From positions 170,066,001-170,130,000 of the forward strand of contig OX597814.1 of the NCBI GenBank assembly GCA_951406725.2: a DNA stretch of 64,000 bases, given 5' to 3'. This document shows, in pieces, positions 1 to 12,977 of this stretch. The notes beneath the pieces are model-generated. The model was not told the origin of the DNA. It was given only the letters and a program-made list of their open reading frames with translations, and searched no databases. The position numbers and the translations under genes are program-made. Each line of letters begins with the position of its first letter. Within the stretch, counting starts at the first letter, position 1. The DNA comes from Octopus vulgaris. Taxonomy: Eukaryota.

Positions 1-49
1 TATTATTATTATTATTGGACATTCACAAGCACTACTGGAATTCCATGAA

Positions 50-2230
50 TCTTATCAGACAGGCATTAGGGAAAGCCTTAAAACAAGTGGAAAAAAGTCC
101 TGGAATAACATCACAAATTCCCAGTATTGTGCACTCCATTGTCTAGCTAATAATGATTCAATTGTTATTAAAAAGACAGATAAGGGAGGCGGTATTGTAA
201 TTACAGACAAAAGTGAGTATATTTCAACTTGTGAAGAAGTTTTAAGTGACAAAATTTCATATGAAGAATTACCTGTCAATCCAGACCCCAATTACAGAGA
301 GGAACTTGACAAAATAGTTCTGAAAATGGAGGGAAACAATTTCATTAATAAGGCCAAATCCTGGATTTTACACCTGTATTTTATGGTCTCCCCAAAATAC
401 ACAAAAAGTTCGAAAGATTTCCTCTGATGCACCCAATTTGCAGTGCATATGAGTGTTGTACAACCAAAATTTAGGAGTGGCTGGGTGGTTTTCTACTCCC
501 TGTTGCAAAAAGATCAAGTCCCTATATTCAAGATACTTTTGATTTTGCGTCTAAAATCAACAACTTTTTTTAAGCACCAAAGCCATGTTGAAAACTATTT
601 TTTGGTAACCATGGATGTTCCTTCCTTATATCCCAATATTGACCATGATGAATGGTTAGAAGCATACATGAGTGCATTGAAAAATGGTCAAGCAAAAGTA
701 TCCCATCTAATTTTCTCTGTAGGCTATTGAGGTTTGTGTTACGAAGTAATACAATGAAGTTTGGACAAAAATTTTGCACCATAAGTACCCCCATGGCAGT
801 TAATTTCACTAATGTCTTCATGACAAAATTCAAGACACAGTTACTGAAGACATGCAAATCCCTACATGGTCATGGACGAATACTCTGGTTACAGTTCACT
901 GGTGACTTCTTTTTTGTCTGGGAAGGATCACAGGACAGTTTAATTGACTTCTTGCATTTCTGTGACTGTTATGCTAAAAACTATGACTTTAAGTTCAACA
1001 TAAAATTTACATCTAGTTTTTTCAAAAACTAGTGTTGAATTTTCGGACACAAAAGTTAAATTTTCTGGAGGCAGAATAGTGACCGAGTTATTTTGCAAGC
1101 CCACATCATCCCACATTTACTTCCATCACTGCTCCAATCATCCTATCTATCTATCTGCTCAGTCGAAGTCGACTCTCAGTTACTCGATGGATCAGTGTCC
1201 TCCAGCCAGTTCTATCCTGAGTCGCTTCTTTCAGATTGGCTATGTCCATTCCTGTGTCACTCTTGATGGTATCAAGCCAGCGGGATCTTGGTCGGCCTCT
1301 TCCTCTCTTGCCACTGACCATTCCAAGCATGATGTCCTTCTCCAGGGATTTTCTCCGCATAATATGACCAAAATATGTTAATCTATGCTTGGTGATCCTA
1401 GCTTCTAGCGACAGTTTCGGCTTGATCGACATCTTATAATTTGGTCAAATCTGAAATCTCAATTTGGGGGATAAAATGGATTTGTACTAACATACAGGAT
1501 TATTGAAAACATGGAAATGCTTTTGTACACCATTATATCGAATGTAGTTACAGTGAATCACAATTAAAGGAAATAGCAAATGACATAACAAAGATTAGCA
1601 AAGAAAATCAAACTTTCACACATAATTTTAACAAACAAAGTACAATATGTGACAGAATTCTTTTAGTGATTAATTGACACCAAAATTTCGCTGGCATTTC
1701 AAAAGTATTACATGAAATAATCAACATGTTGCAGAAAAATATTCTCGTTTCAAACAGATATTTGCTCAACAGCCTATTGTAGCCTTTAGATGGAATAAAA
1801 CTATAAGAAAATTATTAACCTCTACCTCTTACTCCAAGAAAACTAAAATTGGAGTTTCTGCATGCTGTACCTTGAAAAACACCCACAAGAGAGGTTAGCC
1901 CTGTTCATTGTGCAACAACATTAGGCAAGTCAATTCCATCAGGAACCATAACAGAAACGTGAATAGATTCCCATTTGGTGTACACAGCAGAATGCACCAA
2001 ACACTTGATTTATGTTGGTTGTACAACAGAACAATAAACAAGACTCAATGGGCACAGATATGATGCCAAACATTTTACATCAAATGGCTACAATTTTGAA
2101 AAAAAACTTCAAAGTGCATATTCTCAGAAAATATTCTGAATCTGCTACACTTTCAGTCCTCAAAATGCACGAGGAGAAATAAATGACAGGAAAATTTTAT
2201 CATATTTACACAAAACTGTTTGATTAAATA
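50..2230 (+). mobile_element. Degenerate Penelope-like retroelement (RT plus decayed GIY-YIG), interrupted by an RTE fragment at ~1141-1432
   Basis: Frameshifted PLE RT motifs: IVIKKTDKGGGIVI (~163), FYGLPKIHKK (~380), FLVTMDVPSLYPNIDHDE, TPMAVNFTNVFM, degenerate YIDD region (QFTGDFFFVW), ELFCKPTSSHIY; a YVGCTT EN-like motif lies near 2010. Confidence 0.85.
1141..1432 (-). mobile_element. RTE-clade LINE 3' fragment (BovB-like C-terminus)
   Basis: ORF 1151..1432 RLTYFGHIMRRKSLEKDIMLGMVSGKRGRGRPRSRWLD...IHRVTESRLRLSR followed by a (TAGA)n tail. Confidence 0.85.
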
Positions 2231-2392
2231 TTCTACTTCTTTTTCCATTTCTTTTTTCTTTTCTTCTCTTTTTCTTCTCTATTTTTCTGTCTTTTTCTTT
2301 TTGCTAGTTGTAAACTTGAAAATTAAAGACTGATGATGTTCAACTATTATTACTTAATATTTTAAAACATCAAACACTAAAATCCATCTTAA

Positions 2393-2732
2393 CATCATCA
2401 TCGTTTAACGTCCGTTTTCCGCGCTAGCACGGGTTGGATGGTTCGACCGGGGTCTGCGAAGCCAGGGGCTGCACCAGGCTTCAGTCTGATCTGGCAGTGT
2501 TTCTACAGCTGGATGCCCTTCCTAACACCAACCACTCCGCAAGTGTAGTGGGTGCTTTTTACATGCCACCGGCACTGGTGCCAGGGGAGTCTGGCATTGG
2601 CCACGATCGGTTGGTGCTTTTAACATGCCACCGGCACGGAAGCAAGTCAAGGCAGCGCTGGCATTGGCCATGTGTGGATGGTGCTTTTTATGTGCCACCG
2701 ACACAGAAGCCAGTCGAGGCGGCGCTGGCATT
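2393..2732 (-). mobile_element. RTE-type 3' end/SINE with (GAT)n tail and internal GGTGCTTTTTACGTGCCACCGGCAC repeats
   Basis: Family recurs at ~6438, 7795-8025, 11645-12122, 18490, 19340-19612, 20472-20874, 45875, 55606-56028, 58490-59030, 62416; at 6438-7330 it is continuous with RTE coding sequence. Confidence 0.8.
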
Positions 2733-2932
2733 GATAATAATAATAAACAATATATTCAAATATTCTGTTATTACAAGTAATAACACAAACATGCATCATT
2801 AAATAATATAAACAAATTAAACAATTATATAAATAATAATGATTATCAAACAACATAAATTTCACAATCAAATTAATTAAACATCAATAAAATTAAATAA
2901 CTTATTTATACTCAAATATATATAAATATAAA

Positions 2933-3147
2933 TACCTATTCCTTTACTACCCACAAGGGGCTAAATACAGAGATGACAAACAAGAACGGACAAATGGATT
3001 AAGTCGATTACATCGACCCCAGTGCGTAACTGGTACTTATTTAATCGACCTCGAAATTATGAAAGGTAAAGTCGACCTCAGTGGAATTTGAACTCAGAAC
3101 GTAACGACAGTCGAAATACCACTAAGCATTTCGCCTGGCCGCCACCT
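2933..3147 (-). mobile_element. SINE, family with GTCGACTTTGCCTTTCATCCTTTCGGGGTCGAT core
   Basis: Reverse-complement match to 52253-52672; other copies at ~5488, 26200, 31210, 41260, 63270. Confidence 0.8.
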
Positions 3148-3334
3148 TTTCATATATAAATATAAATACCATTAAGTTATTAATATTTGTCATTCCATCA
3201 ACATTGGCACGTAGGTTGCACTCGTACATATTTTGGATTTGAATTTCTATGTATCACTTTTCATTATGAACTGTCAAAGACAGGCTAGCTGTCAAAATAT
3301 TATTTAAACAATAAAATATCTATTACATCGTATC

Positions 3335-3354
3335 ATGCTCTTCTTTTTCTTCTT

Positions 3355-3435
<81 letters not shown>

Positions 3436-3436
3436 C

Positions 3437-3470
<34 letters not shown>

Positions 3471-3484
3471 CATTATTATTATTA
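3335..3484. repeat. Compound (TTC)n(TTA)n microsatellite
   Basis: Directly visible. Confidence 0.95.
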
Positions 3485-3581
3485 GTTTATATGTTTATAT
3501 ATATATATCAATGTAACCTCACATAGACTGTTGGCAATTTTTTCCCTCCTTCTTCTTTCCCTTAGGACTTACCTGTTTTTC

Positions 3582-3620
3582 CTGTTTTCGAAGAAGAGCT
3601 ATGCTCGAAATGTAAAACAG
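3582..3620 (+). ncRNA. Minimal type I hammerhead-like motif (degenerate)
   Basis: ctgttt-tCGAAGAa-gagc tat gctc-GAAA-tg-TA-aaacag; stems I and II pair, core imperfect. Confidence 0.45.
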
Positions 3621-3711
3621 CTCTCTTCTTTCTCTGACTTATTAATACATTGCTTGTGCTATGTCCTCACGTTTGTCTGGTTTTTTCTTTTTCTCTATGT
3701 TTTTTAATTGA

Positions 3712-3777
<66 letters not shown>

Positions 3778-4012
3778 TCTTCCAGGAATATTCTTCTGCT
3801 TGTGAAGTACTCATGCCACTCAAAACATTGTGGACAAACTCATTGCCTCATCATCATAAGCTTGCCAAAGCATGTGCAATGTCTTTGTAATAAACTTCTC
3901 AAGTTTAACACAAAATTTCATGTTGGCTATTTGTTCCAACTTCCTGTCCATGACAATATCACAAACTACAGCATAAACGGGATCACAAAAACACAAATTT
4001 TACAATTTGTGA

Positions 4013-4162
4013 AAGGAGTGGATTTGTGGTAAGTAGCATTGTTCCGGGTTCAGTCCCACTGCGTGGCACCTTGGGCAAGTGTCTTCTACTATAACCTCCG
4101 GCCGACCAAAGCCTTGTGAGTGGATTTGGTAGACAGAAACTGAAAGAAGCCTGTCATGTATA

Positions 4163-4202
<40 letters not shown>

Positions 4203-4430
4203 TGTGTCTGTGTTTGTCCCCCCCCCCCCCAACATCGCTTGATAACTGATGGTGGTGTGTTTACGTCCCCATAATCTAACAGTTCGGCAAAAGAGACTGA
4301 TAGGATAAGTACTAGACTTACAAAGAATAAGTCCTGCTGGGGTCGATTTGCTCAACTAAAGGCGGTGCTCCAGCATGGCTGCAGTCGAATGACTGAAACA
4401 AGTAAAAGAGTAAAAGGGTAAAAGAGTAAA
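4013..4430 (+). mobile_element. tRNA-derived SINE with internal (TG)n
   Basis: GGTTCAGTCCCACTGCGTGGCACCTTGGGCAAGTG head and GAAACAAGTAAAAGAG tail; copies at 5953, 12975, 31030, 38915, 39320, 42210, 47965, 53095, 53757. Confidence 0.85.
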
Positions 4431-5952
4431 CACAGTGATGTCACTCAGCATATGACCTCATGAAGGTCACTGCTAGCTCTCATTGTGCACACAACTAGGT
4501 GCTGTCATTTGTTGGCATGCTACAGAACTAGTCCAGGAACCTTTTGATACCACCTTGTATATACATGTGTTTTGTTATTCCCTTTCTTATAACCATCATT
4601 TTTTAAAAAAAAGAATTGTTATAGGAATTTGTACAATTGTTGAAACAATGTTCATCATATTTGTTGGATAAACAAATTTTAAATGTTCTTAACAGCATTA
4701 TTTCATATTAATGGTGAGTGATTTGGTTTTAATTTAATGTATTAGAGCATATGATATGAGATTCTATAAGAATGGTATTTGCTACTGTCTATGTAGAAAA
4801 ATATTTATTTTAAGTCTTGTATATATCATAATCTTTGAATCAAATTCTTCGAATAATTCAATTGGTTTTTTTTTTTACCTAAATTAGCTTGGTTATTGTA
4901 TTTCTAGGAATTAATGGGCCACCACCTGTGAATAAGTCATAGAATTTTATAAATGCAAAATATATAATCTTATCCTTCTGCATACTACTAGTGAATCTTT
5001 TGAGCCCAAACTTATATCAAAAGAAACATTTTTTTTTATTAATCCATAAAGCATTATCAAAAGATAGTATCTTCTTGCGTGCATTATAATATTAGTCTCA
5101 ACATCAGAAACCTGTGAGTAATTTTTTGTAAAAATTGTTATTTGTCATTTATGCTATTGATTCAAGATCTGACAGAAGCATTGCTATTTCATAATGGTAA
5201 GATTGTTATTCTACTAATTTTAGTAATTATATTGCCTAAAACTTATTTACTAATTATTCTTCCTTTAGCTTTTGTTACATTAATTAATCTTTTTGTTAAT
5301 TATTGAAATATACTGTCATTGTTTCCATTAATTATAAAATAATGAAGAATTTCTAAAAATTACTTATAGTTATTATGGCTAGTTTTGGGGGTTTTTTGTA
5401 TGTTTTAGTGATTGTATTTTTCAGGAGTTTAGAGTGTATAGTGTTGTTTAGCCCATATATATTCCTCATCATCATTAAGCTGTATTAAGGCGGTGAACTG
5501 GTGGAATCATTAGCACACTGGGTGAAATGGCAGCATTTCATCCTTCTTTAAATTCCACTGAGGTCGACTTTGCCATTCACCCTTTCGGAGTTGATAAAAT
5601 AAGTACCAGTTGAGCACTGGGGTTGATGTCATTGACTTGCTCCTTCCCCCAAAATTACTGGTTTTGTACCAAATTTGAAACCATTATTAAGCTGGATTTG
5701 GAATATTAATTAACATGAAATTTTAGATTGAATTTAAATCAAATTTAGATCTTTGAAACAAAGAATTTGTCTCACAGAACCCAGGGCAGTTGTTTTTTCC
5801 TATATGTATGTATAAATGTAATTCTTATCGCAAATGAATTACACTTCATATTTGAGGTCCTAACGAAGCTATAAGGTGTTACTCAGGTACACAACTATGA
5901 GTCCACACTGCAGCCTATTGCAGAAATGCCTGTAAGCTAATGAAGTACATAA

Positions 5953-6174
5953 CTCTTTTACTCTTTTATTTGTTTCAGTTATTTGACCGTGGTCATGCTA
6001 GAGCATTGCTGTTAGTCGAGCAAATTGCCCCCCGGACTTTTTCTTTGTAAGCCTAGTACTTATTCTATCGGTCTCTTTTGTTGAGCGGCTAAGTTACGGG
6101 GACATAAACACATCAGCATCGGTTGTCAAGCAATGTTGAGGGGACAAACACAGACACACAAACATATACACATG

Positions 6175-6232
<58 letters not shown>

Positions 6233-6392
6233 TACGATGGACTTCTTTTAGTTTCCGTCTACCAAATCCACTCACAAGGCTTTGGTCGGCCCGAGGCTAT
6301 AGTAGAAGACACTTGCCCAAGGCGCCACGAAGTGGGACTGAATGCAGAACCATATGGTTGGTAAGCAAGCTACTTAACACACAGCCACTCCT
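5953..6392 (-). mobile_element. tRNA-derived SINE (same family as 4013)
   Basis: Reverse-complement similarity to 4013-4430. Confidence 0.85.
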
Positions 6393-6437
6393 AAGATAAT
6401 CATTTATTCCTTTGTCATCTCATTTTTGTATGTGCTT

Positions 6438-7330
6438 CATCATCATCATCATCATTGCTTTAACGTTCGCTTTCCATGCTGGCATGGGTTGGACGGTTTG
6501 ACGTGGAGCTGGCCAGGTGGGTATTGTCCAGATTCTAACTGTCTGCTGTGCTCTTCTTAATGCCAACCACTTAACAGAGAGTGCCAGATGCTTTTTACAT
6601 ACCAGCAGCTCAGATGCATTTATGCAGCATTGGCATAAGTGCATTAATGCAGCACCAGTACAGGCACTTGAAAGGCCAAGCCTGTATGTGTGAAAAACAG
6701 CAATTTTATTTAGCTTGATGCATCTTATCAGGTATAGCAAATCACCACACCTCCCGCTCCCTTGTCATTCCTTCAGTGAGGCCCAGCATTTGGAGATCCT
6801 TTCTCATCACTTCATCCCACATCTTCCTGGGTTTACACCTTTAACAGGTACTCTCCACAATTAAAACTTGGTGCTTCTTTATGCAGCTGTCCTCATCCTC
6901 ATGACCAAACCAGCACAGTATTCTCTCTTGTACACAACATCTGACACCTCTTACACCCAGTTTTCCTCTTAAGTCATTTACACTGTGTAATGCATGCACA
7001 CTGACATTGCCCATCCAGTGGTGCATGCTAGTTGCATTTCTTTCAGGCCTTCACAAGTCCTATGTAGCCAAAATCCATGTTTCACTGTCATGTAACATAA
7101 CTGTACATACACAGGCATCATACAATCTGTCTTTCACTCTGAGGAGGAGGCCCTTAGTTATTAACTGAGAGAGAAGCTCTCTGAACTTTACCCAGCCTGT
7201 TCTTTATCCTAGCAACAACTTCCTCCACCACTGCTAACCTGGCCTCTTATGTAACAGAAGGTATCTACTACTTCTAATGACCCCACTTTGCATTTGAGGG
7301 AGTCTATTGCCTATGCATTTTTAGTGCTTA
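6438..7330 (-). mobile_element. Degenerate RTE LINE: ORF C-terminus, 3' UTR and (GAT)n tail
   Basis: Minus-strand RLYDACVCTVMLHDSETW, GNVSVH...LRGKLGVRGVRCCVQERILCWFGH; tail at ~6438-6455. Confidence 0.75.
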
Positions 7331-7349
7331 TTTTTCTCATGTATTTGTC

Positions 7350-7665
7350 ATACTTCTTTCGCCCTTTTTGAAGCCTAGCCAGGCTCATGGGCCCAGTTTC
7401 CCAGTTTCTGTGGTGTATGTGTTCCCCCCAGGTGAACAGGACGCCAGTCCATTGCAGTGTTACTCAAGAAACAGGAAGAGAGAGTTAGAGAAAGTTGGGG
7501 TGAAAGAGTACAACAGGGGTCGCCACCACCCCCTGCTGGAGCCTTGTGGAGATTTTAGATGTTTTCACTCAATAAACACACACAACGCCCGCTCTGGGAA
7601 TCAAAACCATGATCCTCCGACCATGAGTCTACTGCCCTAACCACTGGGCTATTGCACCTCCACAT
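7350..7665 (-). mobile_element. tRNA-derived SINE (GTGGAGGCGCAATGGCCCAGTGGTTAGGGCAG head)
   Basis: A/B-box-like head; copies at 10178(+), 11280, 20138, 23955, 25355, 26480. Confidence 0.8.
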
Positions 7666-8049
7666 TTGTCATACACAGAGATGATATTCTCTGTTAACCT
7701 TCCTGTGATACTGCTATACCTCTTATATGCCCAAAGCTTGCACTGAGTACAACATAGGAAGTTTCTACAAACACCCTTTATATATATATATATACACCAT
7801 TCGAGTGTGACCGTCTGCCAGCCTCGTCTGGCACCTGTGTCGGTGGCACATAAAATCACCCACTATACTCTCGGAGTGGTTGGCGTTAGGAAGGGCATCC
7901 AGCTGTAGAAACACTGCCAGATCTGACTGGCCTGGTGCAGCCTTCGGGCTTGCCAGACCCCAGTTGAACCGTCCAACCCATGCTAGCATGGAAAGCGGAC
8001 GTTAAACGATGATGATGATGATGATATATATTTATTTAACCTTGTTTTA

Positions 8050-8450
8050 ATTACTGTTATCGTTGATGCAACTATATTATAGGACCACCTTGAGTGAATA
8101 CAGGACATTCATTGAAAATTATTACAAACTCAACATGTCAATAAGAAAATAACAATACGTCCTGCGTTAGAAGCAAGAATTAAGGCTGGTTGCTCTGCTG
8201 GAAAATGAATTCTTGCTGGACTGCTTAAACTATGTGAGGAAATTGGAAATTAGTGGATAAATAAATCAATAGGATTATAGGAATAATTACTTTATTGGAC
8301 CCGGTTTTTTTGGGGTTTTTTTTTTATTATTGATTAGTTTTCAAAGGCAATAAATGGTAAAAGTAAGGCAATGGGATATCTCATGAACCATTGAAAATTA
8401 TAAGCAAAAAGCTAAAATGTGTGTAGGAGTTTTGATAGTTTTCATCCAGT
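8050..8450 (+). repeat. Unclassified dispersed repeat
   Basis: Similar sequence at ~19650-20050 (inverted) and ~32080-32345 (direct), e.g. GGAAATTAGTGGATAA...AATCAATAGGATTATAG. Confidence 0.7.
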
Positions 8451-8569
8451 TGAAGCCTGGAGCAGAATGTTGCTTATAATGCACTATATATGATATGATA
8501 TGATATGTTATACATACACACACACACACACAAACAGATATATATATATATATATGAAAAAACAAGTCA

Positions 8570-8609
<40 letters not shown>

Positions 8610-8673
8610 CAAGTCAAGATATATATATAGATATAGATATAGATATAGATATATATATAGATATATATATATA

Positions 8674-8726
<53 letters not shown>

Positions 8727-9042
8727 ACACTAGTTTATCTTCAATGAAACCATAAAAGATATGAGATATAGAATGTAGATATTTCATTGGTTTGAACCGG
8801 ATTGTAATTAATGTTCTGAATCCTCACCATTATCATCATCAGCAGCAGCAGCAGTAGCAGCATCATTTTAATGTCCTTTGACAGGTCAGATGACAATTGC
8901 TGAGGCAGGTTTTCTGAGAAGAGCAAAGTAATATTTCCCAATGGCAAAACTATGTTTTTGCCTAATATTGGAAATGAACGACATTCGTTTACAAAATCAC
9001 ATGATGTCACTGCAAGGAGACACCAAAATACACATGTACATA

Positions 9043-9043
<1 letters not shown>

Positions 9044-9080
<37 letters not shown>

Positions 9081-9184
9081 TGTGTGTGCGCATGTGTGTG
9101 TGTGTGTGTGTGTGTGTGCTTGTGTGTGTGCTTGTGTGTGTGCTTGTGTGTGTGTGTGTGTGTGTGCGTGCATGTGTGTGTGCT

Positions 9185-9230
<46 letters not shown>

Positions 9231-9335
9231 TGTTTGTGTGTGTGTGTGCTTGTGTGTGTGTGTGTTTGTTTCTGTGTGTGTGTGTCTGTCTGTCTGTCTC
9301 TGTGTTTTGTGTGGGTGTGTGCATGTATGTATCTA
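9044..9335. repeat. (TG)n-rich microsatellite
   Basis: Directly visible. Confidence 0.95.
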
Positions 9336-9821
9336 TGTATAACATTATTCAGTTTTATTTCAAGATTCTTTGCCAATAGAGAAAGAGCCGGTTTCTAACC
9401 TAGATCCAATGCTCCTTCATTAGAATTTCAATATCAACAGCAGAGTACGTAAGTATGTATGTATGTATGACTGGTACAACGCCAAGCTACATTTCACAGG
9501 TGGTATGGTACAGTGAATAGCAGGGAGGGGTAAAAGGTTAATGATGTGATAAAGAAAGCACAAGATGGAGACTAAATAGAAACATGATGGATAAGATATC
9601 CAATATTGATATAGCAAACATAGTTATTTTCTAGCGTAAACATTTTAGATAAAGCATACTATATATATATATATATATTTTTTTTTTTTCGTTTCTGTAT
9701 TTGGCTTACAAGATTCTTGATGTGAACTCATATTAATTCAAACATACATTGTTGTATCTCAGGAGAGTCATGCCACCAATAATAAACACACGCACTATGT
9801 GTGTGTATGTGTGCGTGTGTG

Positions 9822-9854
<33 letters not shown>

Positions 9855-10177
9855 TTATTGCCATAATGGCCCCTCAAAGATACAACAAAATATTATAATA
9901 TTATATATGTATATGTATATATACTTATATATGTATACATATTGTCGTCTGAATGCTCGGAATGAGGAGTAAATAGACAGCCAACAACTGATGAAGGGTC
10001 CTTTTTCTGTGTAAACTTGTACTTTTTTCCATCTTTTCTTGTTTACGTATTTCACTCATTTTTTTTTTTGTTATTACTCTCCATGTCTTGCATCTATTTG
10101 TTGTGTGTATGTTATTTGCACTGTTGGCAATGTCCTGTACCCATATATGCATGTATGTATATATATCTATATATATG

Positions 10178-10490
10178 TGTGGAGGCACAATGGCCCAGTG
10201 GTTAGGGCAGCGGACTCGCGGTTGTAGGATCGTGGTTTCGATTCCCAGACCAGGCGTTGTGAGTGTTTATTGAGCAAAAACACCTAAAGCTCCACGAGGC
10301 TCCAGCAGGGGTTGGTGGTGATCCTTGCCGTACTCTTTCGCCACAACTTTCTCTCACTCTTTCTTCTGTTGGCCTGCTTGCTTAGCCAGCGGAGTGGCGT
10401 CATTTGAAGGCTAAAACAATGCGAAGTGCATTGTGACCAGCGATGTGTAGCAACGTCTGATAGCCTGGTCAGTCACCGTGATCACGGTGA
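10178..10490 (+). mobile_element. tRNA-derived SINE (7350 family)
   Basis: GTGGAGGCACAATGGCCCAGTGGTTAGGGCAGCGG...GGTTTCGATTCCC. Confidence 0.85.
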
Positions 10491-10857
10491 TATATATATG
10501 TATGTATGTATATAATTCAAAGAGAGTTAGAGGTTGTGAATCCAACTAACTAAGGGATTGTATCTATCCAACATACTGCTGGTAGAATACCTAATTAATA
10601 CACAAGAGTTGGTTATTGTGTGGCAATTCCATCACTGAGTATAATAATTAGGCAAGGGTAATAAGTGGTTTTACCCTTAATTTTTATGGCAAGAAGAAAA
10701 CGGAGTTAATCTAGTGGTAGTATTCATCAGCTGTTAGACATTATATTATGTCTATTTATTTATTTTAAACAGTTCAGATAATACATAAATACATGTGTAA
10801 AGTACTAGTAATTTCTAGAATAGAGAAAGAAGAGCAGTTTCTTACAGCTGTTTCTGT

Positions 10858-11160
10858 CAAGAGGACACAGTACCCCACATAAATGGATGTTCTTTGCCCT
10901 CTCTTTGGTAACCACCTGATTTCCAGGTTTGCTAACATTCTTTAACCCCCTCGGTCTCCTGATTTGTTCATGTGTGATTATTTCTTATGGGGAAACCTCA
11001 AGTCACATGTGTATGCACATAAACCTGTACTGGACGATTTGAAGGAAGCTATTTGTGTGGAAGTTGCCCAAATCGAAAGAGCAATGCTGGAGAGAGTGGA
11101 GGAAAACTTCCAAGAACACCTTCAGAATTGCATCAATGAAAATGGACACCACATGATATT
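10858..11160 (+). mobile_element. Tc1/mariner transposase C-terminal relic
   Basis: PPRSPDLFMCDYFLWGNLKSHVY...LDDLKEAI...CINENGHH. Confidence 0.8.
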
Positions 11161-12206
11161 ATCTGGGCAGATACCATATTATCTCACAGTTATGTTCCAG
11201 ATAACAGCTGACCACAACAATCAGTATCTAACGTCTGTATCTACATTTAATTGTTAGTCACTCTGTTAATTCTTCTGATTTGCTTGTTCCTTCTCGAGCC
11301 ACGCTTGGCTCATAAGGGCCAGTTTCCCAGTTTCCTTGGCGTATAGGTTCCCCACCTGGATGGGACACCGGTCTGTTGCAGATGAGCTGCAAGATGCAGG
11401 AGGAAAGAGTGAGAGAAAGTTGTGGTGAAAGAGTCAACAGAATTTCGCCATTATCTTCTGCTGGATCCGCGTGGAGCTTAGGTGTTTCACTCATAAACAC
11501 ACACATCACCCGGTCTGAGATTTGAATCCGCGATCCCTCGACCGTGAGTCAGCTGCTCTAATCACTAGGCCATGTGCCTCCACAATTCTTCTGATGGGTA
11601 ATTCCATGTACTCTTTGCTGGACAGTAAAAATTGTCTGAAGCATATCATCATCATCATTCTTGTCGTCATTTAACATCCACTTTCCATGATGGCATGGGT
11701 TGGATGGTTTGACTGAGGACTGGCAAGCCAAAAGGCTGTACTAGGCTCCAATCTGGCAAGATTTCTACAGCTGGATGCCCTTCCTAATGCCAACCACTCT
11801 GAGAGTGTAGTAGGTGCTTTTTACATGCCATCAGCACAGGAGCCAGTTAGGTGACACTGGCAGTAACCACACTTGAATGGTGCTTTTTATATGTCACAGG
11901 CATGGAAGCCAGTCAGGCAGCACTGGCATCAGCCATGCTCATATGGTGCTTTTTACATACCACCAGCAAAGGAACTAATCAAGCGGCACTGGCTTCAGCC
12001 ACACTCAAATGGTGCTTTTTACATGCCACCAGCACAGGAGCCAGTCAGGCGATACTAGCATCAACCACACTCGAATGGTGCCTTTTACATGCCCCTGGCA
12101 TGAGAGCCAGTCAGATGGCACTATATTAATACAAATAGGAATAAAGAGTATGTAGACTAGGACATCCACCAAATTTATTGTATCATTATATACAGTATAT
12201 TATAAT

Positions 12207-12284
12207 GACCTACACATGTTTCTGCCGTAGCGACTATTCACTATGCAACCTTACGATACTGTCAGTGCAGCTTCATCAGGGTTA
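12207..12284 (-). ncRNA. Type I hammerhead ribozyme motif (PLE-type)
   Basis: Minus strand: acc-CTGATGA-[long stem II]-GAAA-catgtg-TA-ggt. Confidence 0.55.
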
Positions 12285-12923
12285 GTCCATTTGATCGTCC
12301 TCGAAATGAACTGATTGAAGTAAACATGTGTGTGTGTGTGTGTGTGTAGTGAAGGCGTGTACCTTAGGGCAGTGCTACTCAAAGTGGTGGTCTTCAGACT
12401 GGTGCCAGTCCATGAGCCATCAGCTGCCTGTATGCAGTGAGTTTCCAGAAAAGAAAGAAACATTATAAAATGCTTATGTAATATTGTATTATTTGTCAAC
12501 TTTCATTATATTAAATTGTCAACTTTTATTATATTCATTATATATATTGTTTCCGGTATAAATTAATATTACCAAGAAATATTACCAGTCCCTGGTAGAT
12601 TGGAAAAAATACTACCAGTACACCACATCAGATAGTTTGAGAAGCACTGGCTTAGGAGCCTAGGGTATTTGGTTCATGGTTGGGAGGTTGTGAGTTCAAA
12701 TCCTAGAGGCACGTTATGTCCTTCAGCATCACACATTATTTCATGTTGCTCCAGTCCACTCGACCAGCAAAAACAAGTTGTACCTGTAATTAAAAAATCC
12801 GCCCTATAAGTGTGCATATGTCTGTGGAGTATTCAGCCACTTGCACATTCATTTCACAAGCAGGCTTTTTTCCATTGATTTGATTAACTGGGACATTTAT
12901 CATCTTAACTAACAGAGTGCCAG

Positions 12924-12977
<54 letters not shown>

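Noticed and set aside
2322-2392. Possible hammerhead at the 3' end of the first PLE (aaga-CTGATGA-tgtt...aaca..tctt)
   Set aside because: GAAA and cleavage triplet are missing; too decayed to support.
4905-5120. Possible host exon (ttctag acceptor, gtgagt donor)
   Set aside because: No convincing open frame or recognisable protein.
8500-9400. Long ORFs rich in CV/HT/YI (also 28571-31026, 42332-42979, 53817-54285)
   Set aside because: Translations of TG/CA/TA microsatellites, not genes.
9380-9430. CTAATGA...GAAACCGG motif on the minus strand
   Set aside because: Core and stem I are too degenerate to call a ribozyme.
9940-10030. CTGATGA in a repeat also present at ~22165-22200 (minus)
   Set aside because: Could not build helices I and III or a suitably placed GAAA; not called a hammerhead.
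10178-10255. tRNA-like sequences with A/B boxes
   Set aside because: SINE heads continuing into repeat bodies, not tRNA genes.
11810-12122. Regularly spaced repeats resembling a CRISPR array
   Set aside because: Spacers are mutually similar, context is a eukaryotic LINE UTR, and there are no cas genes.
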